A DNA stretch of 64,000 nt from Candidatus Latescibacterota bacterium (GCA_965217585.1 OZ244561.1:4384001-4448000); one strand, 5' to 3'; numbered from the stretch's first letter, positions 17,590 through 26,408 are shown. Translations and numbers: made by a program. The notes: a model not told the origin generated them from the letters alone.

Positions 17590-18399
17590 CTACACTTCCA
17601 ATACGGGGCGGTCCAGCCGTGCGTGATAGGGCGGTTCGAGGACTTTGCGCTGCTCGTCGGTCATTAGGGCGAGCATGTCCTCAGACCAGTTGTGAGCCAC
17701 GTAGGCGAGGTTGCCCGGTGAGAAGCGGAAGAGGGCGGTGCGGCGGTCGTGGTCGGCGGTCCAAGGCAGGGTACCGTGCGTGGTGGCCTCGGTGAATATG
17801 ATGCAGTCGCCGGCGTTGCAGGTAATCGGCTTGATGAACTCGCGGTGCGCCTCGCCGCGCCGGAGCGCCATCGGGCAGGGATAGTTGCCTTTGTGGCTGC
17901 CTGGGATCAAGCACAAGCCCCCGTCGCCCTCGCGCACATCTGTTAGTTGGTAGGCAGCCACGGTCAGGCCGTTGTGCATTTTGCCGTCTTTGAAGATGTA
18001 GTACTGGTGGCGGTCAAAGCTGGGGCCAGACGATCCGTGCAGGAGGTGGCCCTCGGCTCCTTTGCGCATGGTGATGATGCCGAGATTGTGGTCGAGGCGG
18101 AAGCCTGTGCCCAAAATCTCGTGCAGGCAGCGCACCACCTTGGGGTTGACCAGCATGTCGCGGAAAGGGCGGCCGTGCGGGTCGGGCCATGAGAGAGCGC
18201 CGCCGAGGTCGCCGCGTCCGGTGCTGCCTTCGAGCGCCTTGGAGCCGGCCGACAGCGACAGCTCGCCGATGCGCTCACGGATCTGGTCAGCATGGCGGTC
18301 AATGGCCTCGTTGGCCAGCGCGATGTCCTCGGCTGACAAGACGTTGCGCACGACGATGTAGCCGTTGAGGTCGAAGAAATACTTTTCGTCTTCGTTCAT
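17590..18399 (-). CDS. Phytanoyl-CoA dioxygenase (PhyH) family protein
   Basis: FFDLNGYIVVRNVLS start; GGLCLIPGSHK; AGDCIIFTEATTHG...RR. Confidence 0.85.
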   Translation of the reverse strand: MNEDEKYFFDLNGYIVVRNVLSAEDIALANEAIDRHADQIRERIGELSLSAGSKALEGSTGRGDLGGALSWPDPHGRPFRDMLVNPKVVRCLHEILGTGFRLDHNLGIITMRKGAEGHLLHGSSGPSFDRHQYYIFKDGKMHNGLTVAAYQLTDVREGDGGLCLIPGSHKGNYPCPMALRRGEAHREFIKPITCNAGDCIIFTEATTHGTLPWTADHDRRTALFRFSPGNLAYVAHNWSEDMLALMTDEQRKVLEPPYHARLDRPVLEV

Positions 18400-19668
18400 C
18401 TACAATTCCTCTTTCCATAAAGGGCCGTCGGCCGTAACCCGCCACAGCTCCTCGAAGTGTTCGGGGTCTTTTTCTGCGTCCCAGAATTCGGTGGTGAGCG
18501 GGTTGGCGTACGAAGATGCCCGCCCGGGGATGCCCTGCTCGTGCAGGCGGTCGTGGAAGCGCAGATTGTCGGTAGAGCCGTTCGGATCGGGGTCGTGGCG
18601 CACATACGCGGTGAGACCACCTGCGGAGCGGATGCGGATCAAGAAGCGGCCTTTATCGACCGGGGCCGCACCGGCCAATTTTTCCAATTGTGCGCGATCG
18701 AGTTCGATCCCTAGACCCGCCCCTGCGGGCACGGCGACGCTGCCATCGATTACAGGCATGGGGTCTTTGACGACGTCCTCCCGCCACAGGTGGCAGCAAT
18801 TGACGTGGTCGATGGTAGCCATTTTGAAAACCGCAACTTCGTGGGCCAAGAAGGCTTGATTGATGGTGCCACCGGTCTGTTGGTACATGAGGGGCATGTT
18901 GAGCCGCTCGGCAATGGCGGCGGCTTTGATTGCACTGCCGATGGGAGCGTGCCCGGCCATGGTCCCGTCAACGTAGCGCTTGGTCATGGCTTCGGGAGGG
19001 ACATGGTGGCCGATGATGGGCAGCGGGCACTGTTCGCGCAACATGCGGTAGGCATCTTCGTCCGTGCCTTGGACTACGTCTTCAAAGCGGCCAGCGACCG
19101 GGAATTTGACCAGCTCGGCGAGAATGGTGCGCATGGTGTAGTAGTTGCTGTTGGCGTTGAAGTCGTAGTGGACCTTGAAATAGGGCGGGGCCGCCTCCTG
19201 CATGGCCTCGGTTTGGGCGATGACGTCCTGCATTTCATCGACGTGGTATTTGATCCAGTGATAGCCTCGGGCGGCGGCTTGGCGCACTTCTTCGGCCATG
19301 GCGTCCGGGGCCTGCGCCACGGTCCAAGCGGCGACCGGAATCCACGAGCGGACCTTGGGGCCGATCAGCTTCCACGCGGGAATGCCGAGGTGCTTGCCCA
19401 TCAGGTCGTAGCAGGCCATGTTCATGCCGAGGTCCTGCTCGGCGTTGATCCAGTCAAAGGGCGAGGTGCCGATGTATCTTGCGCGCAAGGCGTCGCCATC
19501 CGGCGCGTAGCCGATGTTCTCGCCGAGGCCCTCTAGGCCGTTGTCCGTGTGGACGACGAGGATGGCGCGGTGTTGGATGTGCGCGCCGTGGTAGCGGGCC
19601 AGCGACAGGGCGTTGAAGTCGCAATACGGCGGGCAGATGGTGTGGATTTCGATGTCGGTGATGTGCAT
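18400..19668 (-). CDS. Mandelate racemase/muconate-lactonizing (enolase superfamily) enzyme
   Basis: MHITDIEI...VHTDNGLEGLGE; YDLMGKHLGIPAWKLIG; KYH; DFN; VPAGAGLGIELD. Confidence 0.85.
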   Translation of the reverse strand: MHITDIEIHTICPPYCDFNALSLARYHGAHIQHRAILVVHTDNGLEGLGENIGYAPDGDALRARYIGTSPFDWINAEQDLGMNMACYDLMGKHLGIPAWKLIGPKVRSWIPVAAWTVAQAPDAMAEEVRQAAARGYHWIKYHVDEMQDVIAQTEAMQEAAPPYFKVHYDFNANSNYYTMRTILAELVKFPVAGRFEDVVQGTDEDAYRMLREQCPLPIIGHHVPPEAMTKRYVDGTMAGHAPIGSAIKAAAIAERLNMPLMYQQTGGTINQAFLAHEVAVFKMATIDHVNCCHLWREDVVKDPMPVIDGSVAVPAGAGLGIELDRAQLEKLAGAAPVDKGRFLIRIRSAGGLTAYVRHDPDPNGSTDNLRFHDRLHEQGIPGRASSYANPLTTEFWDAEKDPEHFEELWRVTADGPLWKEEL

Positions 19669-19760
19669 GGGAAGGTCCGGGGAAAGGGTGGGGTGCGTTG
19701 GCAAGTGGGTCTAGTATAGCAGTACGCAATTGCTTGGGCAACCGAGAAATGAGAGGTCTT

Positions 19761-20603
19761 ATGGACGCTGGTATAGAGGAGAAAGTGGATCAACTGCGCC
19801 GCGAGGGTTGGTGCGTCTTGGAGCGGATTATTCCGGAGGACGCTATAGACCGAGTGCGGACGCACGTGCAAGAAGCGCACGCAAAGGCACAACAGGACTA
19901 CGAGGCCATGGGCGGGCACATCGGGCGGCAGACCGGCCCCAATGGCGAGCCGGGCGTTTGCCTGATCGCGTATTTGCCGGAGTTTGCGCCCTATTTGGGC
20001 GACGAGCGTTTGTTGGGGGTGGCGCAGGCGGTTTTTGGGGGGCACGTGCGGATTGCGCAGACCGAGTTTAAGACGCAAGTGCCCAACCGCGAGGACTTGG
20101 ACTGGCGCGGCTTTCACTCGGATTGGCCACACGACCTGACCGACAGGGACTTCGCCGGCCGGGTGGCTCAGCCCTTCCCGGATGCGACCATGCAGCTATC
20201 GGTGCTGTGGATGCTGTCGCCGTTTAGCCCAGAGACGGGTGGAACGTGGGTGGTGCCGCGCAGCCACCGCGACCCGCTCAACCCGCGCAGGCACCAGACG
20301 CCCGAAGGGCTGGAGGAGCGGATCGATCAGTTCAAGCCGATTCGCGGGGAGATCCAGGTCGTCGGCCCGGAGGGCAGTGCGCTGGTGATGGACAGCCGGA
20401 TCTGGCATTCGACCGCGGCGAATCCCAGCCCAGAGCCTCGGGTGGCGATCATCACGCGCTATTGTCCGTGGTGGTTGAGCGTGGAATTTGGCGGGCGCAA
20501 CAATGCGATTGTGCCGAGGGCGGCCTACGAGGCTCTGCCGGAGGCGGTCAAGCCGCTCTATCGGCACCGGGCCGAGGGAGAGGAGAATCCGTTTCGGGGG
20601 TGA
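19761..20603 (+). CDS. Phytanoyl-CoA dioxygenase (PhyH) family protein
   Basis: HSDWPH (HxD), GGTWVVPRSH, DSRIWHS; GAGAGG upstream of ATG 19761. Confidence 0.85.
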   Translation: MDAGIEEKVDQLRREGWCVLERIIPEDAIDRVRTHVQEAHAKAQQDYEAMGGHIGRQTGPNGEPGVCLIAYLPEFAPYLGDERLLGVAQAVFGGHVRIAQTEFKTQVPNREDLDWRGFHSDWPHDLTDRDFAGRVAQPFPDATMQLSVLWMLSPFSPETGGTWVVPRSHRDPLNPRRHQTPEGLEERIDQFKPIRGEIQVVGPEGSALVMDSRIWHSTAANPSPEPRVAIITRYCPWWLSVEFGGRNNAIVPRAAYEALPEAVKPLYRHRAEGEENPFRG

Positions 20604-20619
20604 GGGGGGGGATATTTGA

Positions 20620-21633
20620 TCACGCGCTTTTAGTACCGTTAATCACAAACTTTTTTGTTGCCTCCTCAATGTGGATCATAGGAAATGCCTCATCCCGAAT
20701 TTGGTTCCACAATTTCATATATATTTTATGGCCAATAACTTGGAGGACGTCTGGAGCAGCAGTATTTTCCTTAAAACTATCTGTGCCATATCCCACAATT
20801 ACACCGCAATGATTAGACAGAACATAGCGATTATGAAAAGGATGGTTTCCTTTTTTTATTTCTATATTGTTCTCGATCTGCCACACAAAAACCTTTACAG
20901 ACTCCCCTATTGGTATTAAGTGTGTGTAGTGCTGTTTAAGGCTGTTCTCATTAATTTTCTCTGGAACATCTGGACAGCAATGAATTGTCAGTGATGGAAA
21001 AGGATAATCTGTTGTGTCATACTGTTGGGCTAAGTCTTTGATAATCTTTTTGTAATTTCTGGTAAACAAACTGTCACTATCCACGTTAAAATATCTATCG
21101 ATAAAGTGAATATTCTCAGCAATCCGAAGCATTGGCAGGATAGCCTTTACGAAATCTCCAGGACTACGAGTGATTGCAATACCACTAGGTGTATTCCAGG
21201 CTTTTACATTTCTATTGAGTTCGTCAGGATGGTATTTTCGTCTTTCATCGTCAGCTCTCTCAGCATCAGCCTCTTCGTATTCAGGGCTGACGACGGCAGA
21301 AAAAGGCTCTCGTCGGTGCTCTTTCTCTATTTCGGTAATCCAAGAAAATTGTGAAAAATCATCATAATACCAATCAGTCCAAACAGTTCCTGGTCGATCT
21401 ACCAGTTGGCCCCTCACCATGTTCAGGCGGTCTTTCAAACCTTGCGCTTTTATGGTTGGAAGGTCAAGTTCTTGAACGAGTTGATCAAAAATCGGTTTCG
21501 CATTTTTATACCACTGGCCATATGGCAAATCTGCAATTACACGTCCTTGTGATGGATGACAGTGCTCAGTGCAATATCGGAACCACTCCAAATTTCGACA
21601 TATTTCTGGATCAATAGCAAAGATACTCAGCAT
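20620..21633 (-). CDS. Hypothetical protein with C-terminal PLD/MIT_C-like motif, partner of the adjacent ATPase
   Basis: AT-rich ORF starting 2 bp after the ATPase stop; IHFIDRYF and HNRYVLSNHCGVIVGYGTD resemble the single HxR PLD-like signature. Confidence 0.6.
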   Translation of the reverse strand: MLSIFAIDPEICRNLEWFRYCTEHCHPSQGRVIADLPYGQWYKNAKPIFDQLVQELDLPTIKAQGLKDRLNMVRGQLVDRPGTVWTDWYYDDFSQFSWITEIEKEHRREPFSAVVSPEYEEADAERADDERRKYHPDELNRNVKAWNTPSGIAITRSPGDFVKAILPMLRIAENIHFIDRYFNVDSDSLFTRNYKKIIKDLAQQYDTTDYPFPSLTIHCCPDVPEKINENSLKQHYTHLIPIGESVKVFVWQIENNIEIKKGNHPFHNRYVLSNHCGVIVGYGTDSFKENTAAPDVLQVIGHKIYMKLWNQIRDEAFPMIHIEEATKKFVINGTKSA

Positions 21634-21635
21634 AA

Positions 21636-23108
21636 TTAATACCACTCCGACTCACGTTCTTCGAAAAAGCCTTCTGGCCATGGTGCATCAAAATCGCCGT
21701 TATTCGTTACAGTGAGTGGAGTGAATTTAACTCCTGCTGGCGTTAGTCGAACATAGATCACAGACAGATCGTTAGGCGTCAATTCGTGATCTGTCTGTTC
21801 TGATTCAGTGGTTTGGTATCTGCTACGACGGGTCGTTTCACGCACACGCCGTAGCAACCGCAACAGCAAGTGCTCAGAATGCGTTTCGATGAGCATGATA
21901 CGATCCGGGCTTTGTATGCCATCAATAAACAAATCGCCCAAACCTACTTGAACCGATGGATGAACATGAAGCTCTGGTTGTTCAACCGCAAACATTTTAG
22001 GGCTATGGTAACCTTGGTCTAACGCACCCACGAGAACTGGAAAGACTTGGGAAATGCCAAAACCAACATCTAAGGGATGTACCTCTATGCCGCTGTTTTC
22101 ATCCTGAAGTAGAATCGGATGTTGGCGAGGTAGCAGTTCAAGAGGTTTGAGAACTTGCTTTGTTAACCTATCGACTTCTACTCTGTCTTCATCAGAGGAG
22201 CAAATTTTTCTCAGATTTGCTATACCTTCGTTATTCCAATCAAGAGAAGATCTGTCTGACTGTAGGAAGCTATATCCAAGTGCCAACTTTTGAGCATAGC
22301 GGTTTACTTTTTCGGCCAACTCGGAGTCCCGTGCGAGTGCATCCCAAGCCTCTAACCCGGTTGCCCACCGAGATTCATTGTACATTTGGGATACAAGATA
22401 ATTGCGAGGGGGCACTTCTCGGATTGGGCCCAGATATCGGATGCCATTTAATTTTTCTCGAACGTAGCTTAATTCATCTCCTCTCATAATTTCATTGAAC
22501 TCGCTTGAGATCATATAGTCTTCTTTTGCCTCTTTTACAATTGAAGAATTCTTATTTACAAAATATCGATATCCTTTTTCGTCATGTTTGCCGTCATGTC
22601 TAGAATAACCAATACCCCACCACTGATTAAGCGGATACAGTTGTTGGCCTTTATCATGATTGGATTTTCCTTTGTCATTCAAAGCATAAAAGCATTCTTC
22701 GCCATTCAAAGCATATATGTATGACTCGACAGAAGCAATATCTTGTGTTTCGTCCCAGCTCACTACCAATTCTATCTCCGCAGAATTATATTTAAGTTTG
22801 CTTGCATATGATAGGTCAAACTCAAGGCGTATACGGATTTTTCGATTCAGGTCGTGGCGATGCACTAAGGAAGGAAAATCACCTAGATCAATAGGTATGT
22901 TTTCCAGAGGTCTGTACCCCGATCGTATATCAAATAGATAGCCTTGGTGGAAACGTAGAAATAGTTCGCGCATGTAGAGCAATGCCTGCAACACCGTTGA
23001 CTTGCCCGAACTATTTTTGCCAAACAACAAGGTGAGAGGGCGAATAGGAATGGTCACGGCGTCGCCGATACACTTAAAGTTTTCTATAGTGATAGATGCA
23101 AGAGCCAT
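21636..23108 (-). CDS. AAA_15/ABC-type ATPase with DUF3696-like C-terminus
   Basis: IENFK, Walker A GKNSSGKS, VGFGISQ signature, Walker B AVEQPELHVHP, IETHSEH, C-terminal WPEGFFEER. Confidence 0.85.
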   Translation of the reverse strand: MALASITIENFKCIGDAVTIPIRPLTLLFGKNSSGKSTVLQALLYMRELFLRFHQGYLFDIRSGYRPLENIPIDLGDFPSLVHRHDLNRKIRIRLEFDLSYASKLKYNSAEIELVVSWDETQDIASVESYIYALNGEECFYALNDKGKSNHDKGQQLYPLNQWWGIGYSRHDGKHDEKGYRYFVNKNSSIVKEAKEDYMISSEFNEIMRGDELSYVREKLNGIRYLGPIREVPPRNYLVSQMYNESRWATGLEAWDALARDSELAEKVNRYAQKLALGYSFLQSDRSSLDWNNEGIANLRKICSSDEDRVEVDRLTKQVLKPLELLPRQHPILLQDENSGIEVHPLDVGFGISQVFPVLVGALDQGYHSPKMFAVEQPELHVHPSVQVGLGDLFIDGIQSPDRIMLIETHSEHLLLRLLRRVRETTRRSRYQTTESEQTDHELTPNDLSVIYVRLTPAGVKFTPLTVTNNGDFDAPWPEGFFEERESEWY

Positions 23109-23140
23109 GATTTTCTCACAAGTTGGTGAATGAATGCTAA

Positions 23141-23210
23141 AAACGTCTGTCTGTGCGTGAGTGATAATTGCGCCAGTACGCTATCCAATTCACTCCGCAC
23201 AGACAAGTTT
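23141..23210 (-). terminator. Long imperfect hairpin followed by a T-tract on the minus strand
   Basis: TGTCTGTGCG (23148-57) pairs with CGCACAGACA (23196-205), with inner GAGTGA/TCACTC and AATTG/CAATT; GACGTTTTT follows on the minus strand. Confidence 0.5.
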
Positions 23211-23272
23211 GAAATGGGGCTTATAAATAGTGCCCAAAGCCCCCCAAATAGTTGTCTTATCCACTCAGGGTG

Positions 23273-23362
23273 CTAACGTCCTCCTTTTGAGCGACCGAGC
23301 AACACGTTCAGGATGGCGACGGCTAGTTCCGCAGCCAACCTGGCTTTGTCTTTCTTAGACAT
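23273..23362 (-). CDS. Putative 29-aa amphipathic micropeptide MSKKDKARLAAELAVAILNVLLGRSKGGR
   Basis: AAAGGAGAGG upstream of ATG; TAG stop; below the ORF-track size cutoff. Confidence 0.55.
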   Translation of the reverse strand: MSKKDKARLAAELAVAILNVLLGRSKGGR

Positions 23363-23430
23363 GGTTGCCTCTCCTTTCTGGAATTGAGTTCAGAAGGTCA
23401 TCTCCGATGAGTAGCTTGTCAAGAAAACTC

Positions 23431-23466
23431 TATCAGAGGACAGGAATTCATTCCTGCCCCCTGATA
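23431..23466 (-). terminator. Strong hairpin between the two micropeptide ORFs
   Basis: TATCAGGGGGCAGGAA pairs with TTCCTGTCCTCTGATA (two G-U pairs on the minus strand), followed by GAGTTTTCTT. Confidence 0.6.
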
Positions 23467-23479
23467 CTCGCCCAAACTA

Positions 23480-23554
23480 CTATCGCTTCTTAGACAGCCA
23501 ATGGTCTATGACGACAATAGCGACCTGAATGGCAAACGGTAACAATTTTGCCAT
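23480..23554 (-). CDS. Putative 24-aa hydrophobic micropeptide MAKLLPFAIQVAIVVIDHWLSKKR (type I toxin-like)
   Basis: Perfect SD AAAGGAGGT 6 nt before ATG; hydrophobic core, Trp and basic tail. Confidence 0.6.
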   Translation of the reverse strand: MAKLLPFAIQVAIVVIDHWLSKKR

Positions 23555-23699
23555 AGCCTTACCTCCTTTCAGATAGATTTGCGGCACTCCATCTGCTTCT
23601 CCCAAGCATCTCCGGCTCTTCCGGTTCACGGGACGGCTTCACACGCCTTTCCCGCCCGCGGCCTTCTTTGCCTCCCAACCTCGCCGCTGCCTACATAAA

Positions 23700-23714
23700 G
23701 CACATTTTGTGCCA
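23700..23714 (-). promoter_or_regulatory. Sigma54 (-24/-12) promoter
   Basis: Minus strand TGGCACAAAATGTGC matches the TGGCAC-N5-TTGC consensus with correct GG/GC spacing; lies 43 bp downstream of a sigma54 activator gene. Confidence 0.75.
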
Positions 23715-23757
23715 AACTTATCTGAAAGGCGAAATAGCTCTAGATTTTCCTCCTTCT

Positions 23758-25254
23758 TTATACCTTGTACTTCTTCTTCCAGTTGTCAAACGTCTGACGA
23801 TTAGACAGTCCCAACCGTTCTGCGGCTTCTGTTTTCGTTGTAGATTCCTCCTCGGCACGCTGAAAATAGTGTCTGATGACTTCGCTAATGAGCTCATTTA
23901 TGCTAAAACCCCCACCTAATGGGCGATTCAATATATCTTCGCCCCCCTTATCGTAGATGGGTAAGAATGCCCCTTCAATATCTTGTTTTTTGAGAATTTC
24001 GCCGTCTGTCCACACCATTGCGCGCCTAAGCGTGTTTTGCAACTCGCGTATATTGCCCGGCCAAGGGTGATTCAGGATAAGATTTTTTGCGCCAGCGGAA
24101 ATTTTTTTACGTCGGTACCCAGGCTGTTCCTTGCTCTCCTCATTGATCTGCTCGATCAAATGGTCGATCAGCAGACCCAAATCCCCCGGACGGTCCCTCA
24201 AGGGCGGCAATTTGAGATAGGCCACTGCAATCCGATAAAACAAATCCTCTCGAAATCGTCCTTCACGCACTTCCTCACTGAGCGTCCGGTTTGTTGCCGC
24301 TACAATTCGTACATCTACACTGATAGGTTTGGATGCACCGAGGCGGTCAATCTGGCCTCCTTCGAGGACGCGCAACAATTTAACCTGTATATCTTTAGGT
24401 AACTCGCCGATTTCATCCAAAAAGAGCGTACCGCCGTTGGCCAACTCAAAACGACCTTTGCGCGGGGCCTTTGCGTCGGTAAACGCGCCTTTTTCGTGCC
24501 CAAACAGTTCGGATTCCACGAGAGTTTGCGGAATTGCACCGCAGTTCACGGGGATAAATGGCTTATCTCTTCTAGGGCTGTGTTGGTGAATGGCGCGGGC
24601 AAAAAGTTCTTTTCCGGTGCCGGATTCGCCTTCTAGCAAAACGGGAACGTTCCGCAACGCGACGCGCTGCGCTCTCTCGACCAGATGAGCCATAATCGGA
24701 CTTCGGTAGTGTATGTCTGCAAAATTTGCCGACTCTATGGGTTTCTCTGCACTGACCGAGCGGAGCCGCTCGTCGGGTTTGAGCAGAAGGTCGGGCAAAA
24801 ATTCTGCCGAAATATCGAAGGGGACAGATACCGTTTGAACGCCGTATTCTCTTGAAGACTCGATCAATTCAGCGGGAAAGCGAGTTTTCGCTAAGATGAT
24901 CCACACCGCGGCCATTGCTGGCGTACCAGCACTAAGGTGAAAAGTCAATTCCACTTGATCGCGCTGTTCGCCCAAAGCCGCTGTGCAAACGCGCACCGCC
25001 GCCTCATAGATTTCGCCAAAGTGAGTCGGACTTGAAAGCTTCTCCTCATATAATTGGTATGGCGTCGAGCTCCGTTTCTTTGCCCATTCGACGTACGCGG
25101 GTACACGGTCATCGGACAGGTAGTTTGAAATCAGAAATACCTCGTCAAACCCGAGCTTTTCCACCGCCTGTGCAGTAGGACCCTCACCAACATCATCTCC
25201 TTGTGAAGCACGCAAATCTGTAGTGCTGATCCAGCACAGCAAAACTTTTTTCAT
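23758..25254 (-). CDS. Sigma54-dependent activator (bEBP) with N-terminal RtcR/CARF-like sensor domain
   Basis: GESGTGKE, ESELFGHEKGAFTDA, LFLDEIGE, WPGNIRELQN, C-terminal HTH; N-terminal LTFHLSAGTPAM is CARF-like. Confidence 0.85.
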   Translation of the reverse strand: MKKVLLCWISTTDLRASQGDDVGEGPTAQAVEKLGFDEVFLISNYLSDDRVPAYVEWAKKRSSTPYQLYEEKLSSPTHFGEIYEAAVRVCTAALGEQRDQVELTFHLSAGTPAMAAVWIILAKTRFPAELIESSREYGVQTVSVPFDISAEFLPDLLLKPDERLRSVSAEKPIESANFADIHYRSPIMAHLVERAQRVALRNVPVLLEGESGTGKELFARAIHQHSPRRDKPFIPVNCGAIPQTLVESELFGHEKGAFTDAKAPRKGRFELANGGTLFLDEIGELPKDIQVKLLRVLEGGQIDRLGASKPISVDVRIVAATNRTLSEEVREGRFREDLFYRIAVAYLKLPPLRDRPGDLGLLIDHLIEQINEESKEQPGYRRKKISAGAKNLILNHPWPGNIRELQNTLRRAMVWTDGEILKKQDIEGAFLPIYDKGGEDILNRPLGGGFSINELISEVIRHYFQRAEEESTTKTEAAERLGLSNRQTFDNWKKKYKV

Positions 25255-25426
25255 CTCAGCATACCATCTCTACACGGATATCTTTCACCAAGCCAACCGC
25301 GTGGTGTTGCTTAAAGGGCCGTGTTTATTAGCTTGTGAGAGCAAGGAATGGGCATGGTCGCCGAACCTCTTGAAGCAGCCTGTGTCTGCCCTTTGACCGC
25401 GAAGCGGAGAATTGAAGGAGGTCACC

Positions 25427-25681
25427 ATGAGCACTTCTCCATTTGAATTTACTCCTGAGCAGAAGGCGGTACTAGAGGGGCTTTCGCAAAGTACCGGGGA
25501 AGATATATGCAGCTTGATTGCTCGTGCTGTAGAAAAGTTACAAGAAGAAGAGGAGCGCAGAGTGGACGAGACAGATTACCTGCTCTCTTCACCAAAAAAC
25601 GCGGCCCATCTCCAGAAGGCACTAGAGGATTTCCAGCACGGCCAGCGCAATTTTGCTTCCCGAGACTTAATCGAGGAATGA
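25427..25681 (+). CDS. Antitoxin: YefM-like C-terminus with RHH-like N-terminus
   Basis: AAGGAGG RBS; ETDYLLSSPKNAAHLQKALED is YefM-like; ATGA overlap with the toxin gene. Confidence 0.75.
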   Translation: MSTSPFEFTPEQKAVLEGLSQSTGEDICSLIARAVEKLQEEEERRVDETDYLLSSPKNAAHLQKALEDFQHGQRNFASRDLIEE

Positions 25682-25935
25682 GACACATTAGCTTCCATGC
25701 AGACGCTTGGCAGGATTATCTCTACTGGTATCAGACTAGCAAAAGCACCTTCAAGAAAATCAACGAACTTATTCGAGATACCCAGCGCAACCCGTTTACA
25801 GGGCTTGGCAAACCCGAAGTTCTGAAACATGATTTTCAGGGATGTTGGTCCCGTCGAATTACTCGAGAACATCGTCTCGTTTACCGCATAGAGTCAGACA
25901 CCCTCTTTATCTTGTCTTGTCGGTATCACTACTAA
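25678..25935 (+). CDS. yoeB: Txe/YoeB family mRNA interferase toxin
   Basis: AWQDYLYW...KKINELI...PFTGLGKPEVLKHD...WSRRITREHRLVY...SCRYHY. Confidence 0.92.
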   Translation: MRHISFHADAWQDYLYWYQTSKSTFKKINELIRDTQRNPFTGLGKPEVLKHDFQGCWSRRITREHRLVYRIESDTLFILSCRYHY

Positions 25936-25949
25936 CTACACGACACCCC

Positions 25950-26408
25950 CTAAGCCGATATATCGAGCAGGGCCTCTTCGTCGGCTAGGGCGTAGCCCTG
26001 TTCGAGCAGGTCGGCGAGGGTTGTGCGCGATAAAATTTGATCAACGGCCTGCTGCACTTGCCCCCACAGCGCGCGCACCGAACACGCGGTGAGCGAGTGC
26101 GTGCAGCAATCCGCGCTGCCGGAGAAGTGATCGCAGAAGTCGTCGTCGAAGAGGCGACCGCCCAGCGTGACGAGCGCGTCGGCCACGGCGATTTGGTGGG
26201 GAGGCTTGGTGAGGGCGTAGCCGCCTTGCTGGCCGCGGGCACTTGCCACAAAGCCGCCTTGCCGGAGAATGCGCAAGAGCTTGGCGACGTTGTGATGGGT
26301 GATGCCCTCAGCTTGGCTGATTTCCGGGATGGTCAGGCTGCCGGGGGTCTGGCGGGCCAGTTGCAACAGGCAGCGCAAACCGTATTCTTCGCTCGAGCTG
26401 AGTTTCAT
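25950..26408 (-). CDS. Rrf2-family transcriptional regulator
   Basis: EYGLRCLLQLA, VASARGQQGGYAL, Cys cluster; last gene of the suf operon. Confidence 0.9.
   Translation of the reverse strand: MKLSSSEEYGLRCLLQLARQTPGSLTIPEISQAEGITHHNVAKLLRILRQGGFVASARGQQGGYALTKPPHQIAVADALVTLGGRLFDDDFCDHFSGSADCCTHSLTACSVRALWGQVQQAVDQILSRTTLADLLEQGYALADEEALLDISA

Noticed and set aside
23172-23181. GCCAGTACGC shared with the right arm of the 55-bp IR
   Set aside because: Only 10 bp; expected by chance in 64 kb.
23141-23210. Possible integron attC site
   Set aside because: Imperfect hairpin, but it lacks convincing RYYYAAC/GTTRRRY boxes, has no second copy, and no integrase is nearby.
25507-25677. N-terminal extension of YoeB in the ORF track
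   Set aside because: Overlaps the antitoxin; homology starts at ATG 25678 with an ATGA overlap.
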